Below, piece by piece: positions 9,474-21,175 of a DNA stretch of 64,000 bases. Below the pieces are notes generated by a model. The model ran no database searches. It saw only the letters and a program-made list of their open reading frames with translations, and was not told the DNA's origin. The position numbers and the translations under genes are program-made. The DNA is from Candidatus Multivorans sp. (lineage in GTDB: Bacteria; Acidobacteriota; Thermoanaerobaculia; Multivoradales; Multivoraceae): contig OZ251997.1 in NCBI GenBank assembly GCA_965247095.1, positions 768,001 through 832,000 of the forward strand. The letters run 5' to 3'. Each line of letters starts with the position of its first letter. Positions within the stretch are counted from its first letter, which is position 1.

Positions 9474-10628
9474 TCAGGCCACGAGCGGACAGCTCGGGTC
9501 GAATTCCCGGTCGAGGGCGGCCAGGTCGACGATTGCCTCTCTGAGCACCTCGGGGGGCGTTGCGCCCTGCTCGATGCGGCGCAGCCACTGCATCGCCGGG
9601 TTGCCCTGTTCGAGGATCTCCTCGATCGGGCCGAGAAGGGCGCCGAAGCCGTGGCGGTGGGCGGTCTCGCGGGCGCTTTCCAGCATTGATGCGGCCCACT
9701 CCCGGAACGTGATGGTGCTGCCGTCGACCCAGTTTGTGCCCTCCGCTTCGAGGCTCGCGGTGCCCGCGGCGCGTTCGTTGGCGGCGGCGAGCTCTTCCAG
9801 CTCGCGCGACGATCGTCCGCGCAGGGGATCGAGTTCCGGCCGCTCCAGGACCTGCCACACCCGTGCCTCGTAGAGAGCGGTGACTGCCTGCAGGATGTCC
9901 GGATCGCTGATCCGGTCGCAGATCCTGAGCTCCAGGCGATCCAGAACCCTGGGCGTAGCGGGTCCGTTCGGCCGGATGCCGAGCCAGAGGTGACGTCGAT
10001 TCTGCATCGTGCCGATCTCGAGCTGTTCGTTCATCCAGGTGGCGAACGAGGAAGCGTCGGGGAAGAAGGGAACCCGCTCGGGGGTCAGGGGGAAGCGCAG
10101 CCAGCGCGCCGAGTGCTGCCCGGTCGTCTCGCCGGCCCGAAAGGGTGACGCGGCGGTCAGGGCGAGGAACACCGAGGCCTCGAGCCGCAGGACCCGGTAG
10201 GCGCGCAGCAGCTCCTCCGGGTCCTCTATCCCTAGGTTGATGTGCGTCGAAGCGGTGACGACGCGGGTGCCGTAGGTGTCGCGGATGTAGCGGTAGTACG
10301 GGTTCTCGGGATCCGAAATGTAGAACGAGTCGAGATCGGCGAGGGCCAGCGCGCCTCCCGGCACCAGGGTGCAGCCATGCTTCGCCTCCAGGTAGCGCCG
10401 GAGTGCGCACCGCTTCGCCATCAGGCGGTCGGTGAGGACCTGGTAGTTCCGGTACGGAGCGGTCGTGAACTCGACGTTGCGGCCGTCCGGCTCCGTTGTG
10501 TAGCCGTCCAGGGCGGCACTTACGTGCGGTGAGAGCGGCAGCACGTGGCCGTCGCGGGTGCCGGTGTAGACCTCCTCCTCGAGGCCCTTCAGCAACTGAC
10601 GATGCAACGGATGGTGGTCGGCGGTCAT
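9474..10628 (-). CDS. gshA: Glutamate--cysteine ligase, cyanobacterial-type
   Basis: LLKGLEEEVYTG, EPDGRNVEFTT, YGTRVVTASTHINLG, MQNRRHLW..IRPNG, RLELRICD. Confidence 0.82.
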   Translation of the reverse strand: MTADHHPLHRQLLKGLEEEVYTGTRDGHVLPLSPHVSAALDGYTTEPDGRNVEFTTAPYRNYQVLTDRLMAKRCALRRYLEAKHGCTLVPGGALALADLDSFYISDPENPYYRYIRDTYGTRVVTASTHINLGIEDPEELLRAYRVLRLEASVFLALTAASPFRAGETTGQHSARWLRFPLTPERVPFFPDASSFATWMNEQLEIGTMQNRRHLWLGIRPNGPATPRVLDRLELRICDRISDPDILQAVTALYEARVWQVLERPELDPLRGRSSRELEELAAANERAAGTASLEAEGTNWVDGSTITFREWAASMLESARETAHRHGFGALLGPIEEILEQGNPAMQWLRRIEQGATPPEVLREAIVDLAALDREFDPSCPLVA

Positions 10629-10897
10629 GGGGAACTCAGGCGCAGCACGGGCAGCTGCCAATCCGTGAAGCGCTGAGCGACGGAGATGCCGCGGCGCCGG
10701 TTGAGGCGCGACTCTAGCAATTTCGGCGAGGCGCTATCGCCGTTGCTGCGATCGCCCTCATGGAGATACGGGGCAGGACGTGCGTCGGCGCCAGGGGCGT
10801 CGTGGTCGCCGACCGCGACGGCGAGGGCGCCGGAGCGGTGGCGAGTGAGATCGGTGAAGGCGCGATCGAGCAGGAGCGCTTCCTCATCCTCCCGCAC
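10625..10897 (-). CDS. Small hypothetical ORF or gene remnant
   Basis: Stop overlaps the gshA ATG (ATGA) and fills the gap; no recognisable motif. Confidence 0.25.
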   Translation of the reverse strand: MREDEEALLLDRAFTDLTRHRSGALAVAVGDHDAPGADARPAPYLHEGDRSNGDSASPKLLESRLNRRRGISVAQRFTDWQLPVLRLSSP

Positions 10898-10972
10898 CCG
10901 GTATGAGGCGTTTCCGGGAGCGATTCGTCGCCGGATCGTAGGGCCGTCCGCGAGCGCCCCGACAGGAGGCTG

Positions 10973-11371
10973 CTACTGCTCTTCCGCGCCGCCGAGGACG
11001 CGAGCGCCCAGGTGGGCGCTGGGCAGGAAGAGGAGGATGCCGACGACCCAGAACCAGAGCGGGGACGGGATCGTGGCCATGTTGTAGATCCCGGCGATGA
11101 GAAAGAAGGCGCCGACGATGAGGGCCAACCGCCGCTTCGCCTGCCGCGCGATGCGCGCCGCCGTTCCGCCGCCGATAAACGCGCCCGCGGCCCAGGCGGT
11201 GAGGACGAAGGCCATGTTCACGGCCGGGATGTCGCCCGGTTCGATCAACGCCCGGTCGGTCGGCACCCCTTCGGGCACCGGAAGCAGGGTGATCGCCGCG
11301 ATCTGAACCATGCTGATCACGATGCCGCCGACGATCAGGCCGGCGGGAACGGCGAGGACGGTTCTCAGCAT
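10973..11371 (-). CDS. Hypothetical 4-TM membrane protein
   Basis: Hydrophobic ORF; AAGGAG upstream; PSPLWFW motif. Confidence 0.8.
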   Translation of the reverse strand: MLRTVLAVPAGLIVGGIVISMVQIAAITLLPVPEGVPTDRALIEPGDIPAVNMAFVLTAWAAGAFIGGGTAARIARQAKRRLALIVGAFFLIAGIYNMATIPSPLWFWVVGILLFLPSAHLGARVLGGAEEQ

Positions 11372-11488
11372 GTCTTTCGTTGCTCCTTAGCCCGTGAGGG
11401 CCTCCGGCGAGCGGCTGAATTCCGTGACGCTCGGGCGAGCGAGAACTATACTGCCCGGCTCACAACTGAAGTCCAAGGAGTCTTGCCG

Positions 11489-12412
11489 ATGAAGATCGCT
11501 GTTGAGTTCCCGAGTGTGGTCTACCGGGAGGGGCCGGAGGCCGTTGCCCGTCTCGCCGGCGCGATGGACGAGATCGGTTTCGATCAACTGGACATCTTCG
11601 ACCACGTGGTCATGGGCCACGACACCGAGGGTCGGGAGAAGAACCGCTACCCGGCCAAGATGCCGATCATGGAGGCGTTCGCCACCCTCGGGTACATGGC
11701 GGCCTGCACTACCCGGATCGGGCTCGGCACCGAGGTGCTGGTGCTGCCGCAGCGCGACCCGGTCTTGACCGCGAAGCAGGCGTCGACCCTGGACACGCTC
11801 TCCGGCGGCCGCCTCCGTCTGGGTCTCGGGATCGGTTGGCAGGAATCGGAGTACGACGCGATGGGGCAGGACTTCCACAACCGCGGGCGGCGCATGGACG
11901 AGGCGATCGCCGTGCTCCGCGCCTGCTGGGGTCAGGACCCGATCGATTTCGAGGGTGAGTTCTATTGCGTGGAGGCGATGGCGATGGAGCCGAAGCCGCC
12001 GCGCGGGGCGGATCTGCCGATCTGGATCGGCGGCCACAGCGAAGCGGCTTTCCGCCGCGCGGGCCGGTTCGGCGACGGCTGGATGGGTGTCGCCTCGGAG
12101 GAGCTGTTCGAGACCGGAGATCAGGCGATCGCCTCGGTCCGTGACCACGCGGAGAAGGCGGGTCGCGATCCAGAGGCGCTCGGGTTCCAGGCCCAGGTCT
12201 CGCCACCGCCGCGACCGGGGAACGAGGGCGACCGCACCTTCTATACCGAGCCGGACCGCGTCACAGCGGCGGCCGCGAAGCTGGGCGAGTTGGGGTTCGG
12301 CGGCGTGGCTCTCAACCTGACCGGTCTCTTCCTGGCCGGGGCCCGCAGCGTCGATGCGATGATCGACGGCGCGGGCGCCCTGCACGACAAGCTACGGGCC
12401 GAGCTGGGTTAG
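11489..12412 (+). CDS. LLM-class (luciferase-like, probably F420-dependent) oxidoreductase
   Basis: IFDHVVM, RIGLGTEVLVLPQRDP, LSGGRLRLGLGIGW, PIWIGG; AAGGAG RBS before ATG 11489. Confidence 0.92.
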   Translation: MKIAVEFPSVVYREGPEAVARLAGAMDEIGFDQLDIFDHVVMGHDTEGREKNRYPAKMPIMEAFATLGYMAACTTRIGLGTEVLVLPQRDPVLTAKQASTLDTLSGGRLRLGLGIGWQESEYDAMGQDFHNRGRRMDEAIAVLRACWGQDPIDFEGEFYCVEAMAMEPKPPRGADLPIWIGGHSEAAFRRAGRFGDGWMGVASEELFETGDQAIASVRDHAEKAGRDPEALGFQAQVSPPPRPGNEGDRTFYTEPDRVTAAAAKLGELGFGGVALNLTGLFLAGARSVDAMIDGAGALHDKLRAELG

Positions 12413-12429
12413 CCCGACCCGGTCCGCCC

Positions 12430-13020
12430 TCACTCCGAAGCCGACGACTCGGCCTCGGCCTGGTTGCGGCGCCACTGCCGGTAGGCGCCGATCATCAGCC
12501 AGGCGCCGGCTGCGAGCAGGCCCAGGGGCCAGAACTCCCACACGCGGCCGATGTCGTAGCCGAACGTGTGGTCGAGCAGCGCCAGGAAGCCGATGACGAA
12601 CAGGCCGGCGCCGGCCATGAGGCCGAGCTGCCCGTTGGCGGGCGGCTTCGGCGCGTCCTGCAGGCCGAGGTCGGTGCCGTGGCCGAGTTCGATCAGGGTG
12701 GCCTGCCGGTAGGCGTCGATGATGTTGAAGAGCCATACGAAGGCCACCACCATGCCCATCACCCCCTCCTCGGTGGCGAGGTAGATGGAACCGACCGCGA
12801 GCAGGAAGAGCACGATGCCGCGCTGGTAGAGGCCGTTGTAGATGTGGCCAAGCCCGGGGAAGAGGGCGAGGATCACGCTCACGACGTGGCGGGCGGTGAG
12901 GCCTCCCTGGGCGGGCGCCGCCGGCGGCGGTGGCGGCGGAGGGGCCGGTGCCGGGGCCGGCTCGTGGGCGGCAGTGGTGTCCTCGGTCTGCGACGGATCC
13001 TGTTCGTGTTCGGTGTTCAT
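12430..13020 (-). CDS. Membrane protein (LiaF/LiaI-like) of the ECF operon
   Basis: FPGLGHIYNG, FWPLGLL TM motifs; start overlaps upstream stop. Confidence 0.8.
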   Translation of the reverse strand: MNTEHEQDPSQTEDTTAAHEPAPAPAPPPPPPPAAPAQGGLTARHVVSVILALFPGLGHIYNGLYQRGIVLFLLAVGSIYLATEEGVMGMVVAFVWLFNIIDAYRQATLIELGHGTDLGLQDAPKPPANGQLGLMAGAGLFVIGFLALLDHTFGYDIGRVWEFWPLGLLAAGAWLMIGAYRQWRRNQAEAESSASE

Positions 13021-13715
13021 GCGGAACTCCTCTCCTGGTGGGTCTGCGAGCGGTTTCGAGTCGTTGGCGGTGGTTTGCCGTCACTGCCGGAATCGCTGAG
13101 CGGCCACAGGCCGGCCAGCTCACGGAAGGTCTCGGACGACGAGTCGACGGCGCCCTGGAACCAGGTTCTGACGCGGTCGGTGGGCAGATTCAGCGGCTCG
13201 GCGAAGAACCCGGCCGGGCGCCAGAGTCCCTGGAGGGCGCCGAGGCGCCGGCTCACCCCCGCCTGCACCGATGCGCCGACTTCCGCCGCCGGTTCGAGGA
13301 GATGCTCACCGGCCGTTGCGCCCAGGTTCGTCGCGGCCCTGCGGCCGGCGGCGACCGGGTCGCCGAGGACGAGGGTCAGGGCGACCGCGAGCAGGTAGCT
13401 GGCGGCGAGAGCTATGCCGGTTCCGGGCCGGGCGGTGAGGATCGCGTGTCGGCGAGCCGGGCTGCGCGCGGGGATCTCGCGCAACCGCTGCATCAGGGCC
13501 GGTGACGGTTCGAGTTCGGACCACACCAGCGATTCCAGCTCTACGGCGCGCGCCTCGCCGTCGCGGTCGTAGGTAGCGCCGACGGCGATCTCGAGCAGTC
13601 CGGCGCGGAGTTCGTCGGACATCGGGAGGTCGGCGCCGAGTTCGCCGATGCCTGGCGTCCGCTCCGGGCTCGCCGTTCCCGGGCGGGTATCCGTGTGCTG
13701 GTGCTCGCGGCTCAC
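13017..13715 (-). CDS. Putative membrane anti-sigma factor
   Basis: GTG overlaps the ECF stop (GTGA); single TM (IALAASYLLAVALTLVLG); position after ECF sigma. Confidence 0.65.
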   Translation of the reverse strand: MSREHQHTDTRPGTASPERTPGIGELGADLPMSDELRAGLLEIAVGATYDRDGEARAVELESLVWSELEPSPALMQRLREIPARSPARRHAILTARPGTGIALAASYLLAVALTLVLGDPVAAGRRAATNLGATAGEHLLEPAAEVGASVQAGVSRRLGALQGLWRPAGFFAEPLNLPTDRVRTWFQGAVDSSSETFRELAGLWPLSDSGSDGKPPPTTRNRSQTHQERSSA

Positions 13716-14329
13716 CTGTAGACCCCGTTGCGCTTCGGTGTGCGATCGCCCAGCGCGTGGCGCCGGTCGTCGATGCGTCGCATGAGCTCCAGGCGGGCGC
13801 GCCTCAGGCGGGACTTCATCGTTCCCTCGGGCAGGTCGAGGAAGGCGCAGATGTCGGCGTAGCTCAAGCCCTGCAGATCCCGCAGCATGAGGATCTCGGC
13901 GAACGCCTCCGGCATCTCCTCGAGCGTCTGGTAGACCATGCGCAGCCGCTCGCGACGTTCGGCGCGGGCCGCCGTGTCCATGCCGCCGGCCTGGCGCTTC
14001 AACAGCTCCTCCGAGACGACCACGGTCCGCCGCTCGGTGCGGGTCCGGCGGTAGTGGTCCACGCACAGGTTGCGGGACAGCCGGAGCGTCCAGCCGGCGA
14101 GCGGCACGTCGCCCCGGTAACGGCCGAGTTTGCGGTAGAGCTTCAGGAAGATCTCCTGGGTCAGATCCTCGGCTTCGGCGGTGTTGCCGGCGAACTGGAA
14201 GGCGATGTTGTAGATGCGGCGGCCGTAACGGTCGATCAGTTCGGTCCAGGCGTCGGCGTGCCCGGCGGCGGCGCGCCTCGCCAGGAACAGGTCGGGATTC
14301 GGGCTTGAAGTTTGTCGCGGAGTCGTCAT
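13712..14329 (-). CDS. ECF RNA polymerase sigma-70 factor
   Basis: [11 protein letters not shown] region 2, [12 protein letters not shown]...[11 protein letters not shown] region 4. Confidence 0.93.
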   Translation of the reverse strand: MTTPRQTSSPNPDLFLARRAAAGHADAWTELIDRYGRRIYNIAFQFAGNTAEAEDLTQEIFLKLYRKLGRYRGDVPLAGWTLRLSRNLCVDHYRRTRTERRTVVVSEELLKRQAGGMDTAARAERRERLRMVYQTLEEMPEAFAEILMLRDLQGLSYADICAFLDLPEGTMKSRLRRARLELMRRIDDRRHALGDRTPKRNGVYR

Positions 14330-14455
14330 TGGGGTCTGATCAGGAAGACGTGCGCCGGGCCGGATAAGTTCCGGATCGCGCCACGCGGGTCGCGTCACTC
14401 CGGATGCTGCATAATCCCGGTCCGCCGGGCGCCGGGCGCCTTTGGAGGAACCGCC

Positions 14456-16111
14456 ATGCCGGAACGACGACGCATCCTGGTCACCAGCGGCCTGCCCTAC
14501 GCCAACGGTCCGATCCACCTGGGCCACCTGGTGGAGGCTGTCCAGACGGACATCTGGTGCCGGGTGCAACGGATGCGCGGTCACGAGTGCTACTACGTAT
14601 GCGCCGAGGACGCGCACGGCACTCCGATCATGCTACGCGCCGAGCGGGAGGGAATCACGCCGGAGGAACTGATCGTCCGGCTGGCGGCCGAGCACCTGGA
14701 GGACTACAGAGCGTTCCAGGTCCACTTCGACAATTTCTACACCACCCACTCTCCGGAGAACCGGGAACTGGTGGAGGGCATCTACGGCCGTTTGCGCGAC
14801 CGGGGTTCCATCGACTGCCGGACGGTGCGGCAGTTCTACGACCCCGAACGGGAGATGTTCCTGCCGGACCGCTTCATCAAGGGCACCTGTCCGCGGTGCG
14901 GGGCGAAGGACCAGAACGGCGACAGTTGCGACGAGTGCGGCTCGACCTACACACCGGCGGACCTGATCGACCCGCGTTCGATCGTCACGGGCGCGCTGCC
15001 GGTCGAGCGGGAGTCGGAGCACTTCTTCCTCCGCCTCTCCGACTACCGGGAACTGCTCGAGGAGTGGGTAGGGGACGGCCGCCTGCAGAGCGAGGTCGTC
15101 AACAAGCTCCGCGAGTGGTTCGACGACGGGCTGCGGGACTGGGACATCTCGCGCGACGCGCCGTACTTCGGATTCGAGATCCCGGACGCGCCGAACAAGT
15201 ACTTCTACGTCTGGGTCGACGCGCCGATCGGGTACATGGCGAGCTTCCGCCAGTTTTGCGACCGCCAGGGCCTCGTCTTCGACGACTTCTGGGGTCCGGA
15301 CAGCGACGCCGAGCTGTACCACTTCATCGGCAAGGACATCCTCTACTTCCATTGCCTGTTCTGGCCGGCCATGCTTCACGGCGGCGGCTACCGGACGCCG
15401 TCTTCGGTCTTCGTTCACGGCTTCCTGACCGTCGACGGCGCCAAGATGTCCAAGTCGCGCGGCACCTTCGTGATGGCTCGCACCTACCTGAAGCATCTCG
15501 ATCCGGAGGCGTTCCGCTACTACATCGCCGCGAAGTTCAGCAACGGCCTGACCGACATCGACATCAACCTCGAGGACTTCGTTCTCCGCGTCAACTCCGA
15601 TCTGGTCGGCAAGGTGGTCAACATCGCCAGCCGCTGCGCCGGCTTTCTGCACCGGCAGTTCGACGGCCGGCTGGCGGCGTCGCTGGACGCGCCCGAACTC
15701 GCGGCGGCGGCCGCCTCCCAGGCGGAGGAGATCGCGGGACTCTACGAGGGCCGCGACTACAACCGGGCCCTGCGGCGTGTCATCGCCATGGCGGACCGGG
15801 CGAACCGCTACATCGACGACCGGCGACCCTGGGAACTGGCGCGCGATCCGGAGCGCGCCGCCGAGGTCCAGGCGGTGTGCACCACGGGCATCGAGTTGTT
15901 CCGTCAGTTGATCGTCTATCTCAAGCCCGTCGTGCCGACGATCGCGGCCCGGGCGGAGAGCTTTCTGGGCGTCGATCCGTTGGTCTGGGACGACGTCCAC
16001 ACGCCCTTGGTGGACCACGAGATCCTGCCCTTCAAGCCCCTGATCACCCGGGTGCAGTCGGAGCAGGTGGCCGCGATGATCGCCGCCTCGGGTGAGGGCG
16101 ACGCCGGGTGA
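14456..16111 (+). CDS. metG: Methionine--tRNA ligase (short form, no C-terminal tRNA-binding domain)
   Basis: [12 protein letters not shown], Zn knuckle [24 protein letters not shown]; GGAGG RBS. Confidence 0.97.
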   Translation: MPERRRILVTSGLPYANGPIHLGHLVEAVQTDIWCRVQRMRGHECYYVCAEDAHGTPIMLRAEREGITPEELIVRLAAEHLEDYRAFQVHFDNFYTTHSPENRELVEGIYGRLRDRGSIDCRTVRQFYDPEREMFLPDRFIKGTCPRCGAKDQNGDSCDECGSTYTPADLIDPRSIVTGALPVERESEHFFLRLSDYRELLEEWVGDGRLQSEVVNKLREWFDDGLRDWDISRDAPYFGFEIPDAPNKYFYVWVDAPIGYMASFRQFCDRQGLVFDDFWGPDSDAELYHFIGKDILYFHCLFWPAMLHGGGYRTPSSVFVHGFLTVDGAKMSKSRGTFVMARTYLKHLDPEAFRYYIAAKFSNGLTDIDINLEDFVLRVNSDLVGKVVNIASRCAGFLHRQFDGRLAASLDAPELAAAAASQAEEIAGLYEGRDYNRALRRVIAMADRANRYIDDRRPWELARDPERAAEVQAVCTTGIELFRQLIVYLKPVVPTIAARAESFLGVDPLVWDDVHTPLVDHEILPFKPLITRVQSEQVAAMIAASGEGDAG

Positions 16112-16115
16112 GGGC

Positions 16116-17389
<1,274 letters not shown>

Positions 17390-17393
<4 letters not shown>

Positions 17394-18361
17394 AACTGCT
17401 GGTGACCCGACCGATACCGGAGCAGGCGGTGGCGCGGTTGCGCGCCGAACCGGGGGTGGAGACCACCGTGCTCGAAGAGGACACAGCACTGGACCGCGAG
17501 GTGCTGCTTGAAGCGGCCGCGGGCGCGGACGTGATCCTGGCCCTGCTCACCGAGCGCATGGACGCGGAACTCTTCGATCGGTCGCCCAATCTGGGCATGG
17601 TGGCGAACATGGCGGTCGGCTTCGACAACGTCGACATCGACGCGGCGGCAGCGCGCGGAATCTGGGTCACGAACACGCCGGGAGTGCTCGACGGCGCCAC
17701 CGCGGACCTGGCGATGGCGCTGCTGCTGGCGGCCGCACGGCGGCTGCCGGAGGCCGAGCGTTTCCTGCGCGGCGGTCGCTACCGGCGCTGGGGACCGATG
17801 CTCCTGTGCGGCCAGGAGGTCCACGGCCGCACGCTCGGCATCCTCGGTATGGGCCGTATCGGCGAGGCGGTCGCCCGCCGCGCGCAGCTCGGGTTCGGCA
17901 TGGAGATTCTGTACTGGGACGAACGGGGCCGCCCGGACCTGGAGGAGGAACTCGGGGTTCGCAGAATCGATCTCGACACGCTCCTCGGCGCCGCGGACTT
18001 CGTCTCCATCCACCTGCCGCTGACCGAGGGCACGGCCGGGTTGATCGACGCCGAACGGCTCGCGCAGATGAAGCCGACCGCGGTGCTCGTCAACACCGCC
18101 CGCGGGCCGGTCGTCGACGAAGCGGCTCTGGCCGCGGCGCTCCGCTCGGGCGCCATCTGGGCCGCCGGCCTCGACGTGTTCGAACGCGAACCGGAAGTTC
18201 ATCCGGACCTGCTCGAGCTCGACAACGCGGTCCTTCTGCCCCACATCGCGAGCGCCTCGATCCCGACCCGTCTGGCCATGGCCGAACTCGCCGTGGACAA
18301 CGTCCTGGCCCTGCACCGCGGTGGAGAGCCGCCGACGCCGGTCGTCCGCGGGACACGCTAG
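17390..18361 (+). CDS. D-isomer 2-hydroxyacid dehydrogenase (glyoxylate reductase-like)
   Basis: AVGFDNVD, GILGMGRIG, VNTARG, GLDVFEREP, PHIAS. Confidence 0.93.
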
Positions 18362-18364
18362 GGA

Positions 18365-18979
18365 GTGATTCCACTCGCGGCAGCGCTCGCGGCGCCGGTT
18401 CTCGGAGCGATGTTCTACGGGGCGTTGCATCCCCGGCCGGCCGCCACCCGGTTGGTGGACGGGCTGGTGTACCTGGCGGTACCGCTAGTGGTGGCGTTGC
18501 AGGTGCTGCCGCAGTCGTGGGACGCGCGCGAACTGCTGAACCTCGTGGCGCTTGCGGCGGGCGCCGGCCTGTACTTCGTGCTCGAGCGGGTTTCGAGGGC
18601 GCTTGCCGCCCACGCGGACAACGCGGCGATCCTGGTTGCCGTTTCGGGCCTGGTGCTGCATGCGTTCCTCGAGGGTGCGGCCCTGGCCCCCGGGAAGGAT
18701 TCGGACGCCTTCTTCGTCTATGCCGTCGTCCTGCATCGCTTGCCGATCGGACTCGTGATCTGGTGGTTGATCCGGCCGCGGCACGGAAGGACGGCCGCGT
18801 CCATCGGCATCGGGGTCGTTGTCGTCGCGACCCTGGCCGGGGCGATTGGCGGAGGAGTCGTTTCGTTCACTGGAGACGGCAGCCTGGACCTGTACCAGGC
18901 CTTCGTCGCCGGCTCGCTACTGCACGTCGTCTTCCACCAGGGGCGCAGCGATCACCGGCATCACGATCACGGCATCTAG
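18365..18979 (+). CDS. ZIP-like metal transporter/membrane protein
   Basis: LHAFLEG and LHRLPIG motifs, multiple TM, His-rich tail HRHHDHG. Confidence 0.65.
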   Translation: MIPLAAALAAPVLGAMFYGALHPRPAATRLVDGLVYLAVPLVVALQVLPQSWDARELLNLVALAAGAGLYFVLERVSRALAAHADNAAILVAVSGLVLHAFLEGAALAPGKDSDAFFVYAVVLHRLPIGLVIWWLIRPRHGRTAASIGIGVVVVATLAGAIGGGVVSFTGDGSLDLYQAFVAGSLLHVVFHQGRSDHRHHDHGI

Positions 18980-18982
18980 CTC

Positions 18983-19663
18983 CTAGCCGCTGACGCGGAA
19001 CGAGCGGGCGACGCGGAAGCCGGTGTCGTCGGCCGCGAAGCCGGTGTCGTCGGCCGCGAAGTCGGCGGATTCGCGCTTCCGGAGGCGGTAGTGGAGTTCG
19101 CACGCCTCGGTACGGAACGAGCCGCCGCAGAGCGTTCGGCGGCGTTCGTCGCCGTCCGCGCCGGAGGCGACCCATTCCCACACGCTGCCCAACATGCCGT
19201 GGAGACCGAAGCCGTTCGCGCCCCTGCGTTCGGGCGGTTGGACAACCCCGTCCGAGTTGCCGGCGTGCCAGCAACGTCGGTCGATCGATTCCGGCGTGGC
19301 GTTCCATGGGGGAACCTCGTCGGCCGCGGAACCGCCGCGGCAGGCATAGCGCCACTCGACTTCGGTCGGCAGCCGCATGGGTTTGCGCGAGACCTCCGCG
19401 TACCACAGGCAGTAGGCGTCGGCCTGCCGCCAGCTCACTCCCGCGGCGAGGTCGCGATCGCCCGCTGACAGCGGTGATCGCTGGTAGCCGGGATCGAAGG
19501 CCTCGAACTGCTCGTTCGTCACCGGCCACTTGCTGAGGTAGAAGGGGTCGACCGCAACCACCCGGCCGCCCACCCGGATCTCGCCACCCGGGATCAACCA
19601 CAGGATGGTGCGCGGAACGTGGGCGTAGGAGCGGGGCAGCGGTCGGCGCGCGGTGCTGGCCAC
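18983..19663 (-). CDS. FGE/SUMF1-domain protein
   Basis: PVTNEQF, RLPTEVEW, NGFGLHGMLGSVWEW, GFRVAR. Confidence 0.88.
   Translation of the reverse strand: MASTARRPLPRSYAHVPRTILWLIPGGEIRVGGRVVAVDPFYLSKWPVTNEQFEAFDPGYQRSPLSAGDRDLAAGVSWRQADAYCLWYAEVSRKPMRLPTEVEWRYACRGGSAADEVPPWNATPESIDRRCWHAGNSDGVVQPPERRGANGFGLHGMLGSVWEWVASGADGDERRRTLCGGSFRTEACELHYRLRKRESADFAADDTGFAADDTGFRVARSFRVSG
19016..19061. repeat. Perfect 21-bp in-frame tandem duplication
   Basis: GAAGCCGGTGTCGTCGGCCGC x2, encoding FAADDTG twice. Confidence 0.9.
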
Positions 19664-19665
19664 GG

Positions 19666-19772
19666 GCTAGGAGGCTGCGCCGCACAACGACACAAAGTGA
19701 GTTGTGCGGTGCAGCGTCATAGTGAGGTGGGGGCTAAGGGCCAAACACGGAGTCTGCGACGGGTTTGGCGGC
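19666..19772 (+). repeat. Two-hairpin structured element, copy A
   Basis: Long hairpin, then GAGGTGGGGGCTAAGG, then GCCAAAC..GAGTCTGCGA..GTTTGGC; similar to 37713-37818 and 39662-39769. Confidence 0.8.
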
Positions 19773-19783
19773 TCTACCGGAAG

Positions 19784-21151
19784 TCAGGAGGGTCGGCCGA
19801 ACACCTTGGGCGTCGGCATCCGGGCGCGGATTGCGTCGAGTTCCTCGACCGTCACGGTCGAAATGCCGCTCTTCAGGCAGTGGGATTCCACCGAGCGGAC
19901 GACCATGCCGCGAACGAAGGCCGGCACCCGCTTCATCCGCGCTTCCGCCTCGGGCGCCCAGGCGATGCTGGTGGAGGTGTTCTCGCCGTAGCGGGAAAGG
20001 GACGCGAGCCCGGTTCGGTCCCCGAACGCCGCGAGTTGTTCTGGCGAGAAGGAACCGGGGTCGTGGGTGCACAGCGGATCTTCCGCCATCAGGTCGCCGG
20101 TCATGCCGTAGGCGCGGGCGCGGCAGCCACCGCAGACCGACTGCAGCTCGCAGGAACCGCAGCGTCCGCCGAGGTCCTTGCGGCGCCGGATGTCCTGGAA
20201 CAGGTCGGAGTCGTTCCAGACCGCGGACAGCGTCGAGCGCTTCAGGTTGCCGCCGAAGACGGGCAGGTAGGGGCACGGCGTGACATCGCCGTTCGGGCGG
20301 ATCCCCATGTAGTGGGTGCCGGCCGGGCAGCCGCCGGCGCCGCCGTCGAAGGCCTTGAGGAAGGGCGAGTCGGGATCGCCGGACAGCAGTTGACGAACGT
20401 AGTGCGGCGCGCACTTCGCGTTGACCACCATGCGGCCGCGGTAGTTGCGCTGAATCTGTTCCAGGGAGGCGAGGACCTCGTCGTAGTCGGACGGCGAGAG
20501 ATCGGACACGAACTGGCCGCGACCCGTGGGCACCAGGAAGTAGAGGTTCCAGACCCGGGCCTGGAGTTCGGTATAGGCGAACTCGGCGATCTCCTCCAGT
20601 TCCCCGAGGTTGTGTGCCCCGGCGGTGGTCTGGATGATGAAGGGAAGACCGGCTGCGGCCAGGTGCCGGGCGCCGTCGACCGTGTTCTGCCAGGCGCCGC
20701 GGACGCGGCGGAAGCCGTCGTGGACCGCCGGGTCCAGCGCGTCCAGCGACAGGGCGAGACCGCGGACTCCTTCGCCGGCCAGGATGCGGGCCAGGTTCTC
20801 GGTGATCCGGACGCCGTTGCTGCCGACCACGACCCACAGATCGCGCTCGGCGGCGTAGCGGACGATGTCGAGGATGTCGCGCCGCAGCAGCGGCTCGCCG
20901 CCTGTGAGGATGACCAGGGCCTCGGGCGCGAACTCGCAGATGTCGTCGATCACCTTCCGGCACTGGTCGGTGGAGAGTTCCGAGCGGTCGGCGAAGTTGG
21001 CGGTCTCGACCAGCGGCTTGCCGCCGGCGTCGAGGTAGCAGTGCTCGCAGGCCAGGTTGCAGCGGTAGGTCAGATTCCAGGAGATCACGTAGGGGCGGGC
21101 GAACGCCGTCGGCGTGGCGCTGGTCGGCCGTTCGAGGGGTGACAGGGTCAT
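19784..21151 (-). CDS. Radical SAM/SPASM protein (AhbD/NirJ-like) with C-terminal PCP_red-like domain
   Basis: CNLACEHC, LTGGEPLLR, SPASM CPAG..CPY..CGSC..CGGCRARA, tail WAPEAEARMKRVPAFVR. Confidence 0.9.
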   Translation of the reverse strand: MTLSPLERPTSATPTAFARPYVISWNLTYRCNLACEHCYLDAGGKPLVETANFADRSELSTDQCRKVIDDICEFAPEALVILTGGEPLLRRDILDIVRYAAERDLWVVVGSNGVRITENLARILAGEGVRGLALSLDALDPAVHDGFRRVRGAWQNTVDGARHLAAAGLPFIIQTTAGAHNLGELEEIAEFAYTELQARVWNLYFLVPTGRGQFVSDLSPSDYDEVLASLEQIQRNYRGRMVVNAKCAPHYVRQLLSGDPDSPFLKAFDGGAGGCPAGTHYMGIRPNGDVTPCPYLPVFGGNLKRSTLSAVWNDSDLFQDIRRRKDLGGRCGSCELQSVCGGCRARAYGMTGDLMAEDPLCTHDPGSFSPEQLAAFGDRTGLASLSRYGENTSTSIAWAPEAEARMKRVPAFVRGMVVRSVESHCLKSGISTVTVEELDAIRARMPTPKVFGRPS

Positions 21152-21175
21152 GGCGAGAGCCTGGTGCGAACCCGA

